Shown in pieces: positions 47,605-60,962 of a DNA stretch of 64,000 nt (positions are counted from its first letter, which is position 1; every line of letters begins with the position of its first letter). This stretch comes from Macrostomum lignano (taxonomy: Eukaryota). The position numbers were made by a program, and so were the translations under genes. The notes beneath the pieces are model-generated. The model worked only from the letters and a program-made list of their open reading frames with translations, did not search any database and was not told the origin of the DNA. Where the stretch lies: positions 1 to 64,000 of the forward strand of contig NIVC01001649.1 of the NCBI GenBank assembly GCA_002269645.1, written 5' to 3'.

Positions 47605-48792
47605 TGTCTCTCTCACCCTGTCTCACTTTGACCCTGTCACTCTCACCCTGTCTCACTCTCACCCTGTCTCACTTTGACCCTGTCTCACTCTCACCCTGTC
47701 TCACTCTCTCACCCTGTCTCATTCTCACCCTGTCTCACTTTGACCCTGTCTCACTCTCACCCTGTCTCACTCTCTCACCCTGTCTCACTCTCACCCTGTC
47801 TCACTCTCTCACCCTGTCTCACTCTCACCCTGTCTCACTCTCTCACCCTGTCTCACTCTCTCACCCTGTCTCACTCTCTCACCCTGTCTCACTCTCTCAC
47901 CCTGTCTCACTCTCTCACCCTGTCTCACTCTCTCACCCTGTCTCACTCTCTCACCCAGTCTCACTCTCACCCTGTCTCACCCTCTCACCCTGTCTCACTC
48001 TCACCCTGTCTCACTCTCTCACCCTGTCTCACTCTCACCCTGTCTCACTCTCTCACCCTGTCTCACTCTCTCACCCTGTCTCACTCTTTTCACCCTGTCT
48101 CACTCTCTCACCCTGTCTCACCCTCACCCTGTCTCACTCTCTCACCCTGTGTCACTCTTTCACCCTGTATCACTCTCTCTCACCCTCTGTCTCACTCTCT
48201 CCCAGTCTCACTCTCACCCAGTCTCACTCTCACCCAGTCTCTCTCTCACCCAGTCTCACTCTCACCCAGTCTCACTCTCACCCAGTCTCACTCTCACCCA
48301 GTCTCACTCTCACCCAGTCTCACTCTCATCCAGTCTCACTCTCACCCTGTCTCACTCTCACCCTGTCTCACTCTCACCCTGTCTCACTCTCACCCAGTCT
48401 CACTCTCATCCAGTCTCACTCTCATCCAGTCTCACTCTCACCCTGTCTCACTCTCACCCTGTCTCACCCTCAACCTGTCTCACTCTTTCACCCTGTCTCA
48501 CACTCTCTCACCCTCTGTCTCACTCTCTCCCAGTCTCACTCTCACCCAGTCTCACTCTCACTCAGTCTCACTCTCACCCAGTCTCACTCTCACCCAGTCT
48601 CACTCTCACCCAGTCTCACTCTCACCCAGTCTCACTCTCACCCAGTCTCACTCTCACCCAGTCTCACTCTCACCCAGTCTCACTCTCACCCAGTCTCACT
48701 CTCACCCAGTCTCACTCTCACCCAGTCTCACTCTCACCCAGTCTCCCTCTCATCCAGTCTCACTCTCACCCAGTCTCACTCTCACCCAGTCT
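47605..48792. repeat. 14-16-bp minisatellite TCTCACTCTCACCC(T/A)G
   Basis: Fills most of FARP intron 2, ending about 70 nt before the exon 3 acceptor. Confidence 0.97.
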
Positions 48793-48860
48793 CAAGTAAG
48801 CTCTCAGTCCGCGCCTGCAGTTGCGTTGCCCAATAAAGCGAACTCAACTCGAACCCGCAG

Positions 48861-48982
48861 TGCTGGCTGGATCATTCGAAAACGCTGCCAAAGCAATGCC
48901 CTTCCTCCATCGAGCTGGTGTTCTACTTCTCCGTTAAATTCTATCCACCGGATCCGCACCTGTTGGAGGATGAGTTCACCAG
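48861..48982 (+). CDS. FARP: FARP-like FERM exon 3
   Basis: gaacccgcag|CWLDHSKTLPKQCPSSIELVFYFSVKFYPPDPHLLEDEFT(R)|GTGAGT, containing the FERM WLD and VKFYPPDP motifs. Phase 0-2. Confidence 0.95.
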
Positions 48983-49090
48983 GTGAGTGAGATTTTTAAT
49001 AAAGTTTAGTGTTTTACAGACTTTACTAGCCTACTAATTTGGATAATAATTGATGCTGTATTTCTCATCGATATTTCTCATTCTCATCAG

Positions 49091-49188
49091 GTTCCTATTC
49101 TCACTGCAAATTAAACGGGACCTCATCAACGGCTTGCTGCCATGCAGCGAGAATACAACGGCTCTGCTTGCCTCGTATCTGGTGCAGG
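49091..49188 (+). CDS. FARP: FARP-like FERM exon 4
   Basis: ttctcatcag|(R)FLFSLQIKRDLINGLLPCSENTTALLASYLVQ(A)|GTGAGT, phase 2-1. Confidence 0.95.
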
Positions 49189-49247
49189 GTGAGTCACTGC
49201 CCGCCCGACTGCCTTCTGGGCGCGGGCACAAAGGCAGACACTGAGAG

Positions 49248-50465
49248 AAGCACTGAGACAGGCAATGAGGCAGGCACTGAGACAGGCAATGAGACAGGCA
49301 CTGAGACAGGCAATGAGACAGGCACTGAGACAGGCAATGAGACAGGCACTGAGACAGGCACTGAGACAGGCACTGAGACAGGCACTGAGACAGGCAATGA
49401 GACAGGCACTGAGACAGGCAATGAGACAGGCACTGAGACAGGCAATGAGACAGGCACTGAGACAGGCATGAGACAGACACTGAGGCAGACACTGAGACAG
49501 ACACTGAGACAGACACTGAGATAGACACTGAGTCAGACACTGAGTCAGACACTGAGTCAGACACTGAGACAGCCAGACAGACACTGAGGCGGACACTGAG
49601 ACAGACACTGAGACAGACACTGAGACAGGCACTGAGACAGACACTGAGGCAGACACTGAGGCAGACACTGAGACAGACACTGAGGCAGACACTGAGACAG
49701 ACACTGAGACAGGCAATGAGACAGGCAATGAGACAGGCACTGAGACAGGCAATGAGGCGGGCACTAAGGCTCTAAGTCAGACACTGAGGCAGACACTGAG
49801 TCAGACACTGAGTCAGACACTGAGACAGCCAGACAGACACTGAGGCAGACACTGAGACAGCCAGACAGACACTGAGACAGACACTGAGACAGCCAGACAG
49901 ACACTGAGGCAGACACTGAGACAGACACTGAGACAGACACTGAGTCAGACACTAAGACAGACACTGAGACAGACACTGAGGCAGACACTGAGACAGACAC
50001 TGAGACAGGCACTGAGACAGACACTGAGGCAGACACTGAGGCAGACACTGAGACAGACACTGAGACAGACACTGAGATAGACACTGAGACAGCCAGACAG
50101 ACACTGAGGCAGACACTGAGACAGCCAGACAGACACTGAGACAGACACTGAGACAGCCAGACAGACACTGAGGCAGACACTGAGACAGACACTGAGACAG
50201 ACACTGAGTCAGACACTAAGACAGACACTGAGACAGACACTGAGGCAGACACTGAGACAGACACTGAGACAGGCACTGAGACAGACACTGAGGCAGACAC
50301 TGAGGCAGACACTGAGACAGACACTGAGACAGACACTGAGATAGACACTGAGACAGCCAGACAGACACTGAGACAGACACTGAGACAGCCAGACAGACAC
50401 TGAGGCAGACACTGAGACAGACACTGAGACAGACACTGAGACAGCCAGACAGACACTGAGACAAT
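49248..50465. repeat. 12-bp minisatellite family ACTGAGACAG(G/A)C with higher-order block duplication
   Basis: Tandem copies shortly after the FARP exon 4 donor. Confidence 0.97.
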
Positions 50466-51134
50466 GAGTCAGACAGGCAGACATCTTTCTTCAAGTTTGT
50501 GGGCAGTGGCCGATCGAGGGGGTCCATGGGTGGGCCAGCTGACCTCAGGAAATCCCCTCACAAAAAGCACAAAATTCCGCTCCTGTAAATCCCCATAGCG
50601 CAGTGGCAGGTGCGCACTGTCAGCCAGGTTGATCAAAAGATAAAATCGGCATAGGAATCGGTTGGGCCAGCTCATAAATGTTCGCCTTTTGATTTATTGA
50701 ATCCACTCTGGCTGAGCTGCTGCGGGGATTTTCTTCCCAAACCGTGTTCAGAGCCGGCCTCTGTCGTATGTATAGTATTGTTTGAGTCTGAAATTATACG
50801 ATGCAATCGCAGTAAAAGCTGCGATCCCCAGTTCTCAGTCCAGTCAGTCAGTCGTCTGACTAAAAAAGCGCTAGGAAGGTGAGCAGTTGCTGAGTTGAGT
50901 GGGGTAACTGGGGGTTGCTGGAGTGGTGAGTTCCTACTCCGTCGCACCTGAGTTAGCGCTGGGCTATTCTTGGCTCAAAATCTCCCGTTCTACCTTTTCT
51001 CTGTCCATTACTGGGAAGCCAGCGGCAACAACTAATTATAGAAATCGCACAGAATGGACTAAAAGCTAAGATGAGAAACCTGAGAGACACATCAAATAGC
51101 TTAGTCAAATAGGCAGGATAAGCGATGGTGTGAA

Positions 51135-51410
51135 AAGAGATGAGAGCAGAGAGGGAGAGAGATGAGACAGAGAGGGAAAGAGATGAGACCAGAGGGAGGG
51201 AGATGAGACCAGAGGGAGAGATGAAAACAGAGAGGGAGAGATGAGAACAGAGAGGGAGAGATGAGAACAGAGAGGGAGAGAGATGAGAGCAGAGAGGAAG
51301 AGAGATGAGAGCAGAGAGGGAGAGAGATGAGATGAGAGCTGAGACGGATGTGAGAGCACAAATGGAGAGAGATAAGAGCAGAGAGGGAGAGAGATGAGAT
51401 GTACTGAGAC
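51135..51410. repeat. Purine-rich repeat of about 20 bp, GAGATGAGAGCAGAGGGAGA
   Basis: Degenerate tandem copies. Confidence 0.9.
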
Positions 51411-52404
51411 GTGAGAAAAGAGGGAGGGAGATCAGTAGATAGAATCACTAGAATTAGCCTCATTCGGGATCTGGGACTAGAGTGAGTCTCATTGGGGATC
51501 TGGGACTAGAATGAGTCTCACTCGGGATATTAATCCTAGGATCCCAGCGTTCAGTTTGCAATAACTATCGCATTCACTTTAGTTTAGTGCTGCAAACCCG
51601 CCATTCTCGGTTCGCACCGGCTGGAACAGTCTCTCCCATCCCCCCTTTAGCCCTTTGTTTCCTCCCACGGTGCGAAGAAACGCCCCCAGTCCACAGACAG
51701 GCCAGGCGGGATGACGGGTAGAAAGCTGGAGTTTTTTTTGATGATGCTGAAGCGCGATTTCCCCAAAGGCCTGCTGCAGCCGCTCCTGCGTTGTTGGTTG
51801 ACCTCCCCTTCTGGAATTCTTGCTTGGCTGCCTGCCAGCCAGATAAAGGGAAAGGAGGATTCGGTCTGGTGTGCACTGATTCTCCCCCTTCCCGCCTGTG
51901 CTGTCCCAGCCCCGGCTTGCCAGGCTGAAGTGCGTCCACTAAAAATAATTATTGTATGGCGGCTGGAGCCCAACTTATAGTTTTTCATTTAGCACCTGAG
52001 GACTGGCGCTGCCATTCTGCTGTAGTTGTCAGTCCTGCTTTGTGCTTTGCCGCGGAATGCTGGAAGTTTTAGCTGGGTCAGGAATGGGGAGAGTTAGCTT
52101 TTCCCAGATGTTTGGGCCTAGGATTCCATGAGTTTCTGTTGTATCGGGCCAAGGTGTTTTGATTTAATAGTTTACATGGCATAGCAGCGACTGAAGTCAA
52201 CTACAATATGTTTTCTAATTTTTTTCGAGTTGGCTGTTAAAACTTCGCAGAAATTTGTGACCGGATGCTTTTGGGAAATGTCGCGAGTCAGATGTTGCAA
52301 ACTTTTAAGTGTCCGCCACTGCAATGCAAAATGTTCTGTCTGATTGCAGGCAGTAGTTTTTACAATTTGCATTTGGTCTGCAGCACGCCGGTGGCTTTCC
52401 TAAT

Positions 52405-53045
52405 ACCTCGAATAGTTCCTGACACCCCGATGACTTTCCTGACACCTCGATGACTTTCCTGACACCCCGATGACTTTCCTGACACCTCGATGACTTTCTT
52501 GACACCCCGATGACTTTCCTGACACCCGGTTGACTTTCCTGACACCCGCTTGACTTTCCTGACACCCCGAATAGTTCCTGACACCCCGATGACTTTCCTG
52601 ACACCCCGAATAGTTCCTGACACTCCGTTGACTTTCCTGACACCCCGAATAGTTCCTGACACCCCGATGACTTTCCTGACACCCCGAATAGTTCCTGACA
52701 CTCCGTTGACTTTCCTGACACCCCGAATAGTTCCTGACACTCCGTTGACTTTCCTGACACCCCGAATAGTTCCTGACACTCCGTTGACTTTCCTGACACC
52801 CCGAATAGTTCCTGACACTCCGTTGACTTTCCTGACACCCCGAATAGTTCCTGACACTCCGTTGACTTTCCTGACACCCCGAATAGTTCCTGACACTCCG
52901 TTGACTTTCCTGACACCCCGAATAGTTCCTGACACTCCGTTGACTTTCCTGACACCCCGAATAGTTCCTGACACTCCGTTGACTTTCCTGACACCCCGAA
53001 TAGTTCCTGACACTCCGTTGACTTTCCTGACATCCCGCATAGTTT
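52405..53045. repeat. 39-bp dimeric minisatellite GACACCCCGAATAGTTCCT-GACACTCCGTTGACTTTCCT
   Basis: Alternating 19/20-bp subunits upstream of the FARP exon 5 acceptor. Confidence 0.97.
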
Positions 53046-53158
53046 CTGACAGCCTTTTTAAAAACTTGTTTACCCCTATGCATTTAATGGCACCCAGATA
53101 TTTTCCTGACACCCCAATAAATTAACTGAAAACTTTATGCCTCTTCCCTCTTCTACAG

Positions 53159-53285
53159 CGGAGATCGGCGACTACCTAGAGGACGAATACCTGGACGCGC
53201 TCTACCTGACCCAGGTGAAGGTGCTGCCCGAGCCGGTCTCAGACGAGCTGCTCAGAAAAGTGATGGAGTATCATCGGGCGCACTT
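53159..53285 (+). CDS. FARP: FARP-like FERM exon 5
   Basis: ctcttctacag|(A)EIGDYLEDEYLDALYLTQVKVLPEPVSDELLRKVMEYHRAH(F)|GTGAGT, phase 1-2. Confidence 0.93.
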
Positions 53286-53372
53286 GTGAGTTGGAATATA
53301 TTAATGAAAGTGCATAAGTGGCTGTCCCAATCCAGATTTATGAAGATAAGACTTGAATTTGCATATCTCCAG

Positions 53373-53460
53373 CGGCCTGTCACCCGAGGACGCGGAATAC
53401 AGCTTGCTGGACACCGTGCGCAAGGTCGAACCCTACGGGGTGCGCCTGCACGCCGCTCGG
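53373..53460 (+). CDS. FARP: FARP-like FERM exon 6
   Basis: catatctccag|(F)GLSPEDAEYSLLDTVRKVEPYGVRLHAAR|GTATGT, phase 2-0. Confidence 0.94.
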
Positions 53461-53819
53461 GTATGTGGCAGCCCGGAGACTCCGGGGAGACAGATGGGGC
53501 AGAGGATGCATGATTTGCGTGGATTAAGTCTATGCATGAGTTTGGGACTTGAGTTGTTCATAGTTTAGTTATATGAATAAAGAAGCTAGCAGGGTGTACA
53601 TCGGCCTTGTGACTTTCTCATTGTCAGGATGAATCCCCGCACTCTGTGACTTGGGCTTGTTCGCGTAGGCGGGAATCGCACACGGCATGTTAATCGCTGA
53701 GCTGCTCAGCTTCTCTGTTGCTATTGTCTATGGCTGGTCTCATTTCATCAGGCTATGGACCAGGGGTCCGCCAACTCAAGTCCTCGGGTCCTTTGAAACT
53801 TCACAGCTCAACGTTTGTG

Positions 53820-54021
53820 TCTCTTCTCAGCTCTCTTCTCAGCTCTCTTCTCAGCTCTCTTCTCAGCTCTCTTCTCAGCTCTCTTCTCAGCTCTCTTCTC
53901 AGCTCTCTTCTCAGCTCTCTTCTCAGCTCTCTTCTCAGCTCTCTTCTAAGCTCTCTTCTCAGCTCTCTTCTCAGCTCTCTTCTCAGCTCTCTTCTCAGCT
54001 CTCTTCTCAGCTCTCTTCTCC

Positions 54022-54056
<35 letters not shown>

Positions 54057-54061
54057 TCTCC

Positions 54062-54096
<35 letters not shown>

Positions 54097-54101
54097 TCTC
54101 C

Positions 54102-54132
<31 letters not shown>

Positions 54133-54140
54133 TCTTCTCC

Positions 54141-54175
<35 letters not shown>

Positions 54176-54180
54176 TCTCC

Positions 54181-54215
<35 letters not shown>

Positions 54216-54710
54216 TCTCCCCCCTCTCCTCTCTCCCTCCTCTCTCCCTCCTCTCTTCTTGCCTCTCCTCTCTCCCCTCTTCTCTAACCCTCTCCTCTCT
54301 CTTTTCTTCAATCACCTCTCCTCTCTTCTCGCCTTTTCTCTTTCCTCTCTTGTCTCCCCCTCTCTTCTCGCCTCTCCTCTCTCCCCTCTTCTCTAACCCT
54401 CCCCTCTTCTTTCCCCTCTCCCCTCTTCTCTCCCCTATTCTCTCCCCTCTCCCTCCTTCTCTCCCCTCTCCCCTCTTCTCTCCCCTCTCCCATCTTCTCT
54501 CCCCTCTTCCTCTTCTCTCCCCTCTCCCCTCTTCTCCTCTCTTCTCTCTTCTCTCATCTCTTCTCTTCTATCCCCTCTCCGCTCTTTTCTCCTCTCTTTT
54601 TTCCTCTTCTTTCCTCTCTTCTCTCCTCCTTTGTCTCCTCTCTCCCCTCTTCTCTCATCTCTCATCTCCTCTCTTTCATCATCCCATATCTCATCTCCTC
54701 TCTCGTCTCA
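53820..54710. repeat. 12-bp CTCTTCTCAGCT array (53820-54010) followed by a degenerate CT-rich tract
   Basis: Tandem copies, then low-complexity pyrimidine sequence. Confidence 0.95.
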
Positions 54711-55369
54711 TTCTATCTATTCCTCCTTTTCTCACTTACCTGTCCAGCAGCCAGATTATTTTCCCGGGCCCTTAAGATAAAAAATTAGCGAACTCCTTTT
54801 ATGGACCAATAAAAGCCCATAGAAGTGTTTAGAGAAAAGCTTTCTGACTAAAAGGTTTTAAAAGAGTTTTTGGAATTGATTGCGCCAAGCAAGGCCCAGC
54901 TCCAATCTCGGTGCTGGAATGGCCAGCTCAGTGCAGCGGTTTGTAAATGAGCCCCACAAAGCATCTCCGGAGACCACCGTGGGGAGGGGGAACTTCTCCC
55001 TCTGATTGGGACGTCATTGATTCATTCATTGATCAGATGGACTTTAGCCGGGGCCTGGGCTGGGAAACTGTGAGGACAGGTGAGGAGAATAAATTTGATT
55101 GACAAGGCCTAAAGGAACGGCAAAATGTTTTGGTCATTGATTTTATTTTGCTTAGAATGAGGCCTCTTCTCTTTGATTTTGCTATTGAAGACGCGGGACT
55201 GAATGGCACTGTCTGTCTTTATAGACTATTGCTCTCAAGTTCAAGTATAAGGTGCCAAACTCTTGCAGTCTGTGAGTATTGTATAGAGATTAAGATCTCC
55301 ACAGTCTGAAGCTCGGTTTAACAAGCATTTTTAAGCTAAATGGTACCCCCTTATCCTACCCTGTGGTAC

Positions 55370-55795
55370 TAGGGAATCCCAATGCCTAAGTTACACAGGG
55401 GGAATCCCAATGTTTAAGTTACACAGGGGGAATCCCAATCCCGAAATAACAAAGGGGAACCCCAAATCTTAAATCGACACAGGGAATCCAAATTCCTAAG
55501 GTACTCAGGATAATCCTAATCCCTCAGTTACAGAGGGGAATCCCAATCCCTAAGTTAGAGAGGGAAATCCCAATCCCGAAATAACAGAGGAGAATTCCAA
55601 TCCCGAAATAACAAAGGGGAACCCCAAATCTTAAATCGACACAGGGAATCCAAATCCCTAAGCTACCCAGGAGAATCCAAATCCCTAAGCCACTCAGGAG
55701 AATCCAAATCTCTAAGCTACCCAAGAGAATCCAAATCCCTAAGCTACTCAGGGAATCCAAATTTCTAAGCTACTCAGGAAAATCCGAATCCCTAA
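55370..55795. repeat. Degenerate repeat of about 28 bp (GGGAATCCCAATCCCTAAG core)
   Basis: Imperfect tandem copies ending just before the FARP exon 7 acceptor. Confidence 0.85.
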
Positions 55796-55824
55796 GCTTT
55801 ACAGAGTCTCCAATCTATTTTTAG

Positions 55825-55980
55825 GACCACGACGGTCTCCCGCTGAACCTGGCGGTGGCGCACCCGGGCGTGCTTGTGTTCCAAGGCGCCGTCAGAGTGA
55901 ACACATTCAGCTGGGCCAAGATCCGCAAGCTGAGCTTTAAGCGGAAGAAATTCTTGGTGAAGTTGCACCCGGACACCTAC
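55825..55980 (+). CDS. FARP: FARP-like FERM exon 7 (FERM-C); the gene continues beyond this exon
   Basis: ctatttttag|[52 protein letters not shown]|[20 protein letters not shown] is the FARP/Cdep/FRMD7 signature. Confidence 0.95.
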
Positions 55981-56239
55981 GTGAGTTGCTTGATGCCGAA
56001 TGTGCTTTGATTGCCTGATAAAGTAAGAGATGATCGAAAATTGGTTTTTTAGCTCCCCTGATTGCCTCTGCTGCCTGACATGCTGAGTCTTCTATCTAAG
56101 TCTTTAAAGCAAATTTCTGCTACTCGATCTTCTGCCAGAGATTCTCCAGCTAGAGAAACAGCAGCTATCCGTACTGTTAAAAACAAGGGAAAAGCTGACT
56201 AGCAGAAGAAATCCGCGGGGCGTTTAACGGTCTTTACCC

Positions 56240-56915
56240 TCTCTCTCCCCCACTCTCTCTCTCTCTCACTCTCACTCTCTCCCTCACTCTCCCTCACTCT
56301 CTCCCTCACTCTCTCCCCTACCCTCTCCCCCACTCTCTCCCCCACCCTCTCCCCTACCCTCTCCTTCACTCTCTCCCCCACTCCATCACTCTCTCTCTCA
56401 CTCTCTCCCCCACTCTCTCCCTCACTCTCTCCCTCACTCTCTCCCCCACTGTCTCCCCCACTTTCTCCCCTACCCTCTCCCCCACTCTCTCCCCTACCCT
56501 CTCCCCCACTCTCTCCCTCACTCTCTCCCCCACTCTCTCCCCTACCCTCTCCCCCACTCTCTCCCCTACCCTCTCCCCCACTCTCTCCCTCACTCTCTCC
56601 CCCACTCTCTCCCCTACCCTCTCCCCACTCTCTCCCTCACTCTCTCCCCACTCTCTCCCCTACCCCCTCCCCCACTCTCTCCCCTACCCTCTCCCCACTC
56701 TCTCCCTCACTCTCTCCCCCACTCTCTCCCCTACCCTCTCCCCCACTCTCTCCCCCACTCTCTCCCGCACTCTCTCCCGCACTCTCTCCCCCACCCTCTC
56801 CCCTACCCTCTCCCCACTCTCTCCCCCACTCCCTCACTCTCTCTCCCTCACTCTCTCTTCCTCACTCTCTCTCACTTTCTCTCTCACTCTCTCCCTCACT
56901 CTCTCCCCCACCCTC
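56240..56915. repeat. 12-bp CT-rich minisatellite CACTCTCTCCC(C/T)
   Basis: Degenerate tandem copies. Confidence 0.95.
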
Positions 56916-57380
56916 TCATTCGACACTGTTTGCAATCTCAGGCTGCGATGGGCGCGTGCGAATCAGGGCGAGCTAAAGAGAGCCTGGCGAAGCACGGGGC
57001 TGAGTTCAGTTCTCGGTTTCAGCCGGACCGCCTGCCTGATGCTGCTGCATTGGGCTGAGAATGTCCGCGGGGCAAAATAAGGGAAAAGTAGGCCCGAATT
57101 TTGCGCCCCCGACACACTTTGGCCGCGAACTCTCTCCCCTTCTCCCCTCAGCCTGTCCCATCTAAAACTGTCCCCACTCTTGCTCCAACTCCCTCACTCC
57201 TCACTCTTTCTCTCGTCCCAATCCAGAGGCCAATTTCTCCCAATTTCGCAGTGGCGCCTCTTGCGAACAGTTCTGAGTTCTGAGAGCGGGCACAGACACA
57301 CACAGAGAGACTGAGTTATCCTGAGAGAGCGAAATGGGAATGGCGAGTTTTTGCCAGAGCTCACATGCCGTCATGCCTAG

Positions 57381-57769
<389 letters not shown>

Positions 57770-58239
57770 CTGCCTGCTTTCTAGCCTGCAGCAGAAGAAA
57801 ATTTATTCTGTGCTGAGGCAGAGAGAAGCAGCAGCGGCAGATGGATATTTCGCCGTTAAGAAAAGGCACAGCTGACTGATAGGCGACAATAAGCGAATTT
57901 TCTTCTTTCAGGTTTCAAGTAGCGAAACTAATTTTCTGCTGTAGCTGCATTGTAGCCACCTGGCTTCTCCCTTCTGTCTCTGCAGCCCCCCTTCCAGCCC
58001 GCTGCTCTGCCGATCCGAAAGCAAATTTCTTCTTTTGTGCGCGAGAGCCCCTCTTTAGCTTGTAATAAAGTCTGGCATGGGCTTTTATTCACCGTTTGGC
58101 CTGATGAAAAATAGATGCGCAGTCGAATGATAGCCTCTCCTTGCCTCTCCTTGCCTCTCCTTGCAAGGACTGCGGATTCTCCAAGCTGGCCGACTCTTTC
58201 TGTGAAGAGGAAAATTCGGTTTGTGAAGCTTGGCTCGCG

Positions 58240-59060
58240 AATCTGGGGAATTCTCGAGGAAAGAAGATGGGAATCTGGGGAATTCTCGAGGAAAGGAGAT
58301 GGGAATCTGGGGAATTCTCGGGGAAAGAAGATGGGAATCTGGGGAATTCTCGAGGAGAGGGGATGGGAATCTAGGGAATTCTCGAGGAGAGGGGATGGGA
58401 ATCTGGGGAATTCTCGGGGAGAGAAGATGGGAATCTGGGGAATTCTTGAGGAGAGGAAATTGAATTAAGGGAATTCTTGAGGAGAGGGTTGGGAATCTGT
58501 GGAATTCTTGAGGAGAAGGTGCAATGAGGGGAATTCTCGAGGAGAGGGGATGAGAATCTGGGGTATTTTTTAGGAGAGGGGATGGGAATCTGGGGTATTT
58601 TTTAGGAGAGGGGATGGGAATCTGGGGAATTCTCGGGGAAAGAAGATGGGAATCTGGAGAATTCTCGAGGAGAGGGGATGGGAGTCTGAGGAATTCTTGA
58701 GGAGAAGGTGCAATGAGGGGAATTCTTGAGGAGAGGGGATATTGGAATCAGGGGAATTCTTGAGGAGAGGGGATATTGGAATCAGGGGAATTCTTGAGGA
58801 GAGGGGATATTGGAATCAGGGGAATTCTTGAGGAGAGGGGATATTGGAATCAGGAGAATTCTTGAGGAGAGGGGATATTGGAATCAAGGGAATTCTTGAA
58901 AAGAGGGTTGGAGAATCAGGGGAATCGTTGAAAAGAATGGGTTATATGAGATTAAGGAATTCTTGAGAAAAAGTGTGGGGAATTAGAGAACTAATAAGAC
59001 GCCAGTTCGGCGAATCTGAGGAATTCGAGGAGAATGGGGTATTAGGGGAATTCTTGATTA
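58240..59060. repeat. Degenerate minisatellite of about 31 bp, GGGGAATTCTCGAGGAGAGGGGATGGGAATCT
   Basis: Imperfect tandem copies decaying toward the 3' end. Confidence 0.92.
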
Positions 59061-59509
59061 AAGAGAGGGGAAATTAGGGAAAATTTGTGAGGATAAGGGC
59101 TGGAAGATTTGGTGGAGGATTTATGAAAATAGGAGTCGAATGCGCGGGCTGGGGAGTTGCTAAGGAGAATAAATTTGCCGTGCCGATGACTCAGCCCCTG
59201 CTGTGCGCGCATATTGGATTAATTTACGCCTCATCACTTTATGACGCTGGCCGGAGGCTGAGCCGAGGCCTCGGGCCAACTTAGGTAGCAAACTTGAGCG
59301 CTAGCAAGGGCTGCCTTGAGAGATGCCCGCCCGTGCTTCTAGAGGAATTTCATATTTCTCCCATCCAGACTTCTCTCAGCCTATGTTGACTTGCTTGGCC
59401 AGCCCGCGCTGCACCCCAGCGCTGAGCCAGGGACCTCTGCGCTTCTGGACTGGACGCGCTTTCACAACCCCCTGAGTTACTTAACTTAACTTCTCATCAA
59501 ACAGGCTTA

Positions 59510-60962
59510 TGAAGGTTGGGGATTGTGAATTTTGAGGATTGTGAAGGTTGGGGACTGTGAAGTTTGAGGATTGTGAAGGTTGGGGATTGTGAAGGTTGGG
59601 GATTGTGAAGGTTGTGAAGGTTGGGGACTGTGAAGTTTGAGGATTGTGAAGGTTGGAGATTGTGAAGGTTGGGGATTGTGAAGGTTGGGGACTGTGAAGT
59701 TTGAGGATTGTGAAGGTTGGGGATTGTGAAGGTTGGGGATTGTGAAGGTTGGGGATTGTGAAGGTTGGGGATTGTGAAGGTTGGGGATTGTGAAGGTTGG
59801 GGATTGTGAAGGTTGGGGACTGTGAAGTTTGAGGATTGTGAAGGTTGGGGATTGTGAAGGTTGGGGATTGTGAAGTTCGAGGATTGTGAAGGTTGGGGAT
59901 TGTGAAGGTTGGGTGGGGATTGTGAAGGTTGGGGACTGTGAAGTTTGAGGATTGTGAAGGTTGGGGATTGTGAAGGTTGGGGATTGTGAAGGTTGGGGAT
60001 TGTGAAGTTCGAGGATTGTGAAGGTTGGGGATTGTGAAGGTTGGGGATTGTGAAGGTTGGGGACTGTGAAGTTTGAGGATTGTGAAGGTTGGGGATTGTG
60101 AAGGTTGGGGATTGTGAAGTTCGAGGATTGTGAAGGTTGGGGATTGTGAAGGTTGGGGATTGTGAAGGTTGGGGACTGTGAAGTTTGAGGATTGTGAAGG
60201 TTGGGGATTGTGAAGGTTGGGGATTGTGAAGGTTGGGGATTGTGAAGGTTGGGGATTGTGAAGGTTGGGGATTGTGAAGGTTGGGGACTGTGAAGTTTGA
60301 GGATTGTGAAGGTTGGGGATTGTGAAGGTTGGGGATTGTGAAGTTCGAGGATAGTGAAGGTTGGGGATTGTGAAGGTTGGGGATTGTGAAGGTTGGGGAC
60401 TGTGAAGTTTGAGGATTGTGAAGGTTGGGGATTGTGAAGGTTGGGGATTGTGAAGGTTGGGGATTGTGAAGTTCGAGGATTGTGAAGGTTGGGGATTGTG
60501 AAGGTTGGGGATTGTGAAGGTTGGGGACTGTGAAGTTTGAGGATTGTGAAGGTTGGGGATTGTGAAGGTTGGGGATTGTGAAGTTCGAGGATTGTGAAGG
60601 TTGGGGATTGTGAAGGTTGGGGATTGTGAAGGTTGGGGACTGTGAAGTTTGAGGATTGTGAAGATTGGGGATTGTGAAGGTTGGGGATTGTGAAGGTTGG
60701 GGATTGTGAAGGTTGGGGATTGTGAAGGTTGGGGACTGTGAAGTTTAAGGATTGTGAAGGTTGGGGATTGTGAAGGTTGGGGATTGTGAAGTTCGAGGAT
60801 TGTGAAGGTTGGGGATTGTGAAGGTTGGGGATTGTGAAGGTTGGGGACTGTGAAGTTTGAGGATTGTGAAGGTTGGGGATTGTGAAGGTTGGGGATTGTG
60901 AAGGTTGGGGACTGTGAAGTTTGAGGATTGTGAAGGTTGGGGATTGTGAAGGTTGGGGATTG
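59510..60962. repeat. 16-bp minisatellite GGTTGGGGATTGTGAA with a 112-bp (7-mer) higher-order repeat
   Basis: About 90 units; variant units GTTCGAGG and GTTTGAGG recur (e.g. 60007 and 60119). Confidence 0.98.

Noticed and set aside
56942-57058. Phase-0 open segment after tctcag| (AAMGACESGRAK..LG*) as an alternative FARP terminal exon
   Set aside because: It would truncate the FERM-C lobe, there is no homology, and it is compatible with chance.
58169-58260. DCGFSKLADSFCEEENSVCEAW as a possible FARP exon 8
   Set aside because: Weak AAG acceptor, no good donor, and it lacks the FWK..C.E.H motif; it runs into a minisatellite.
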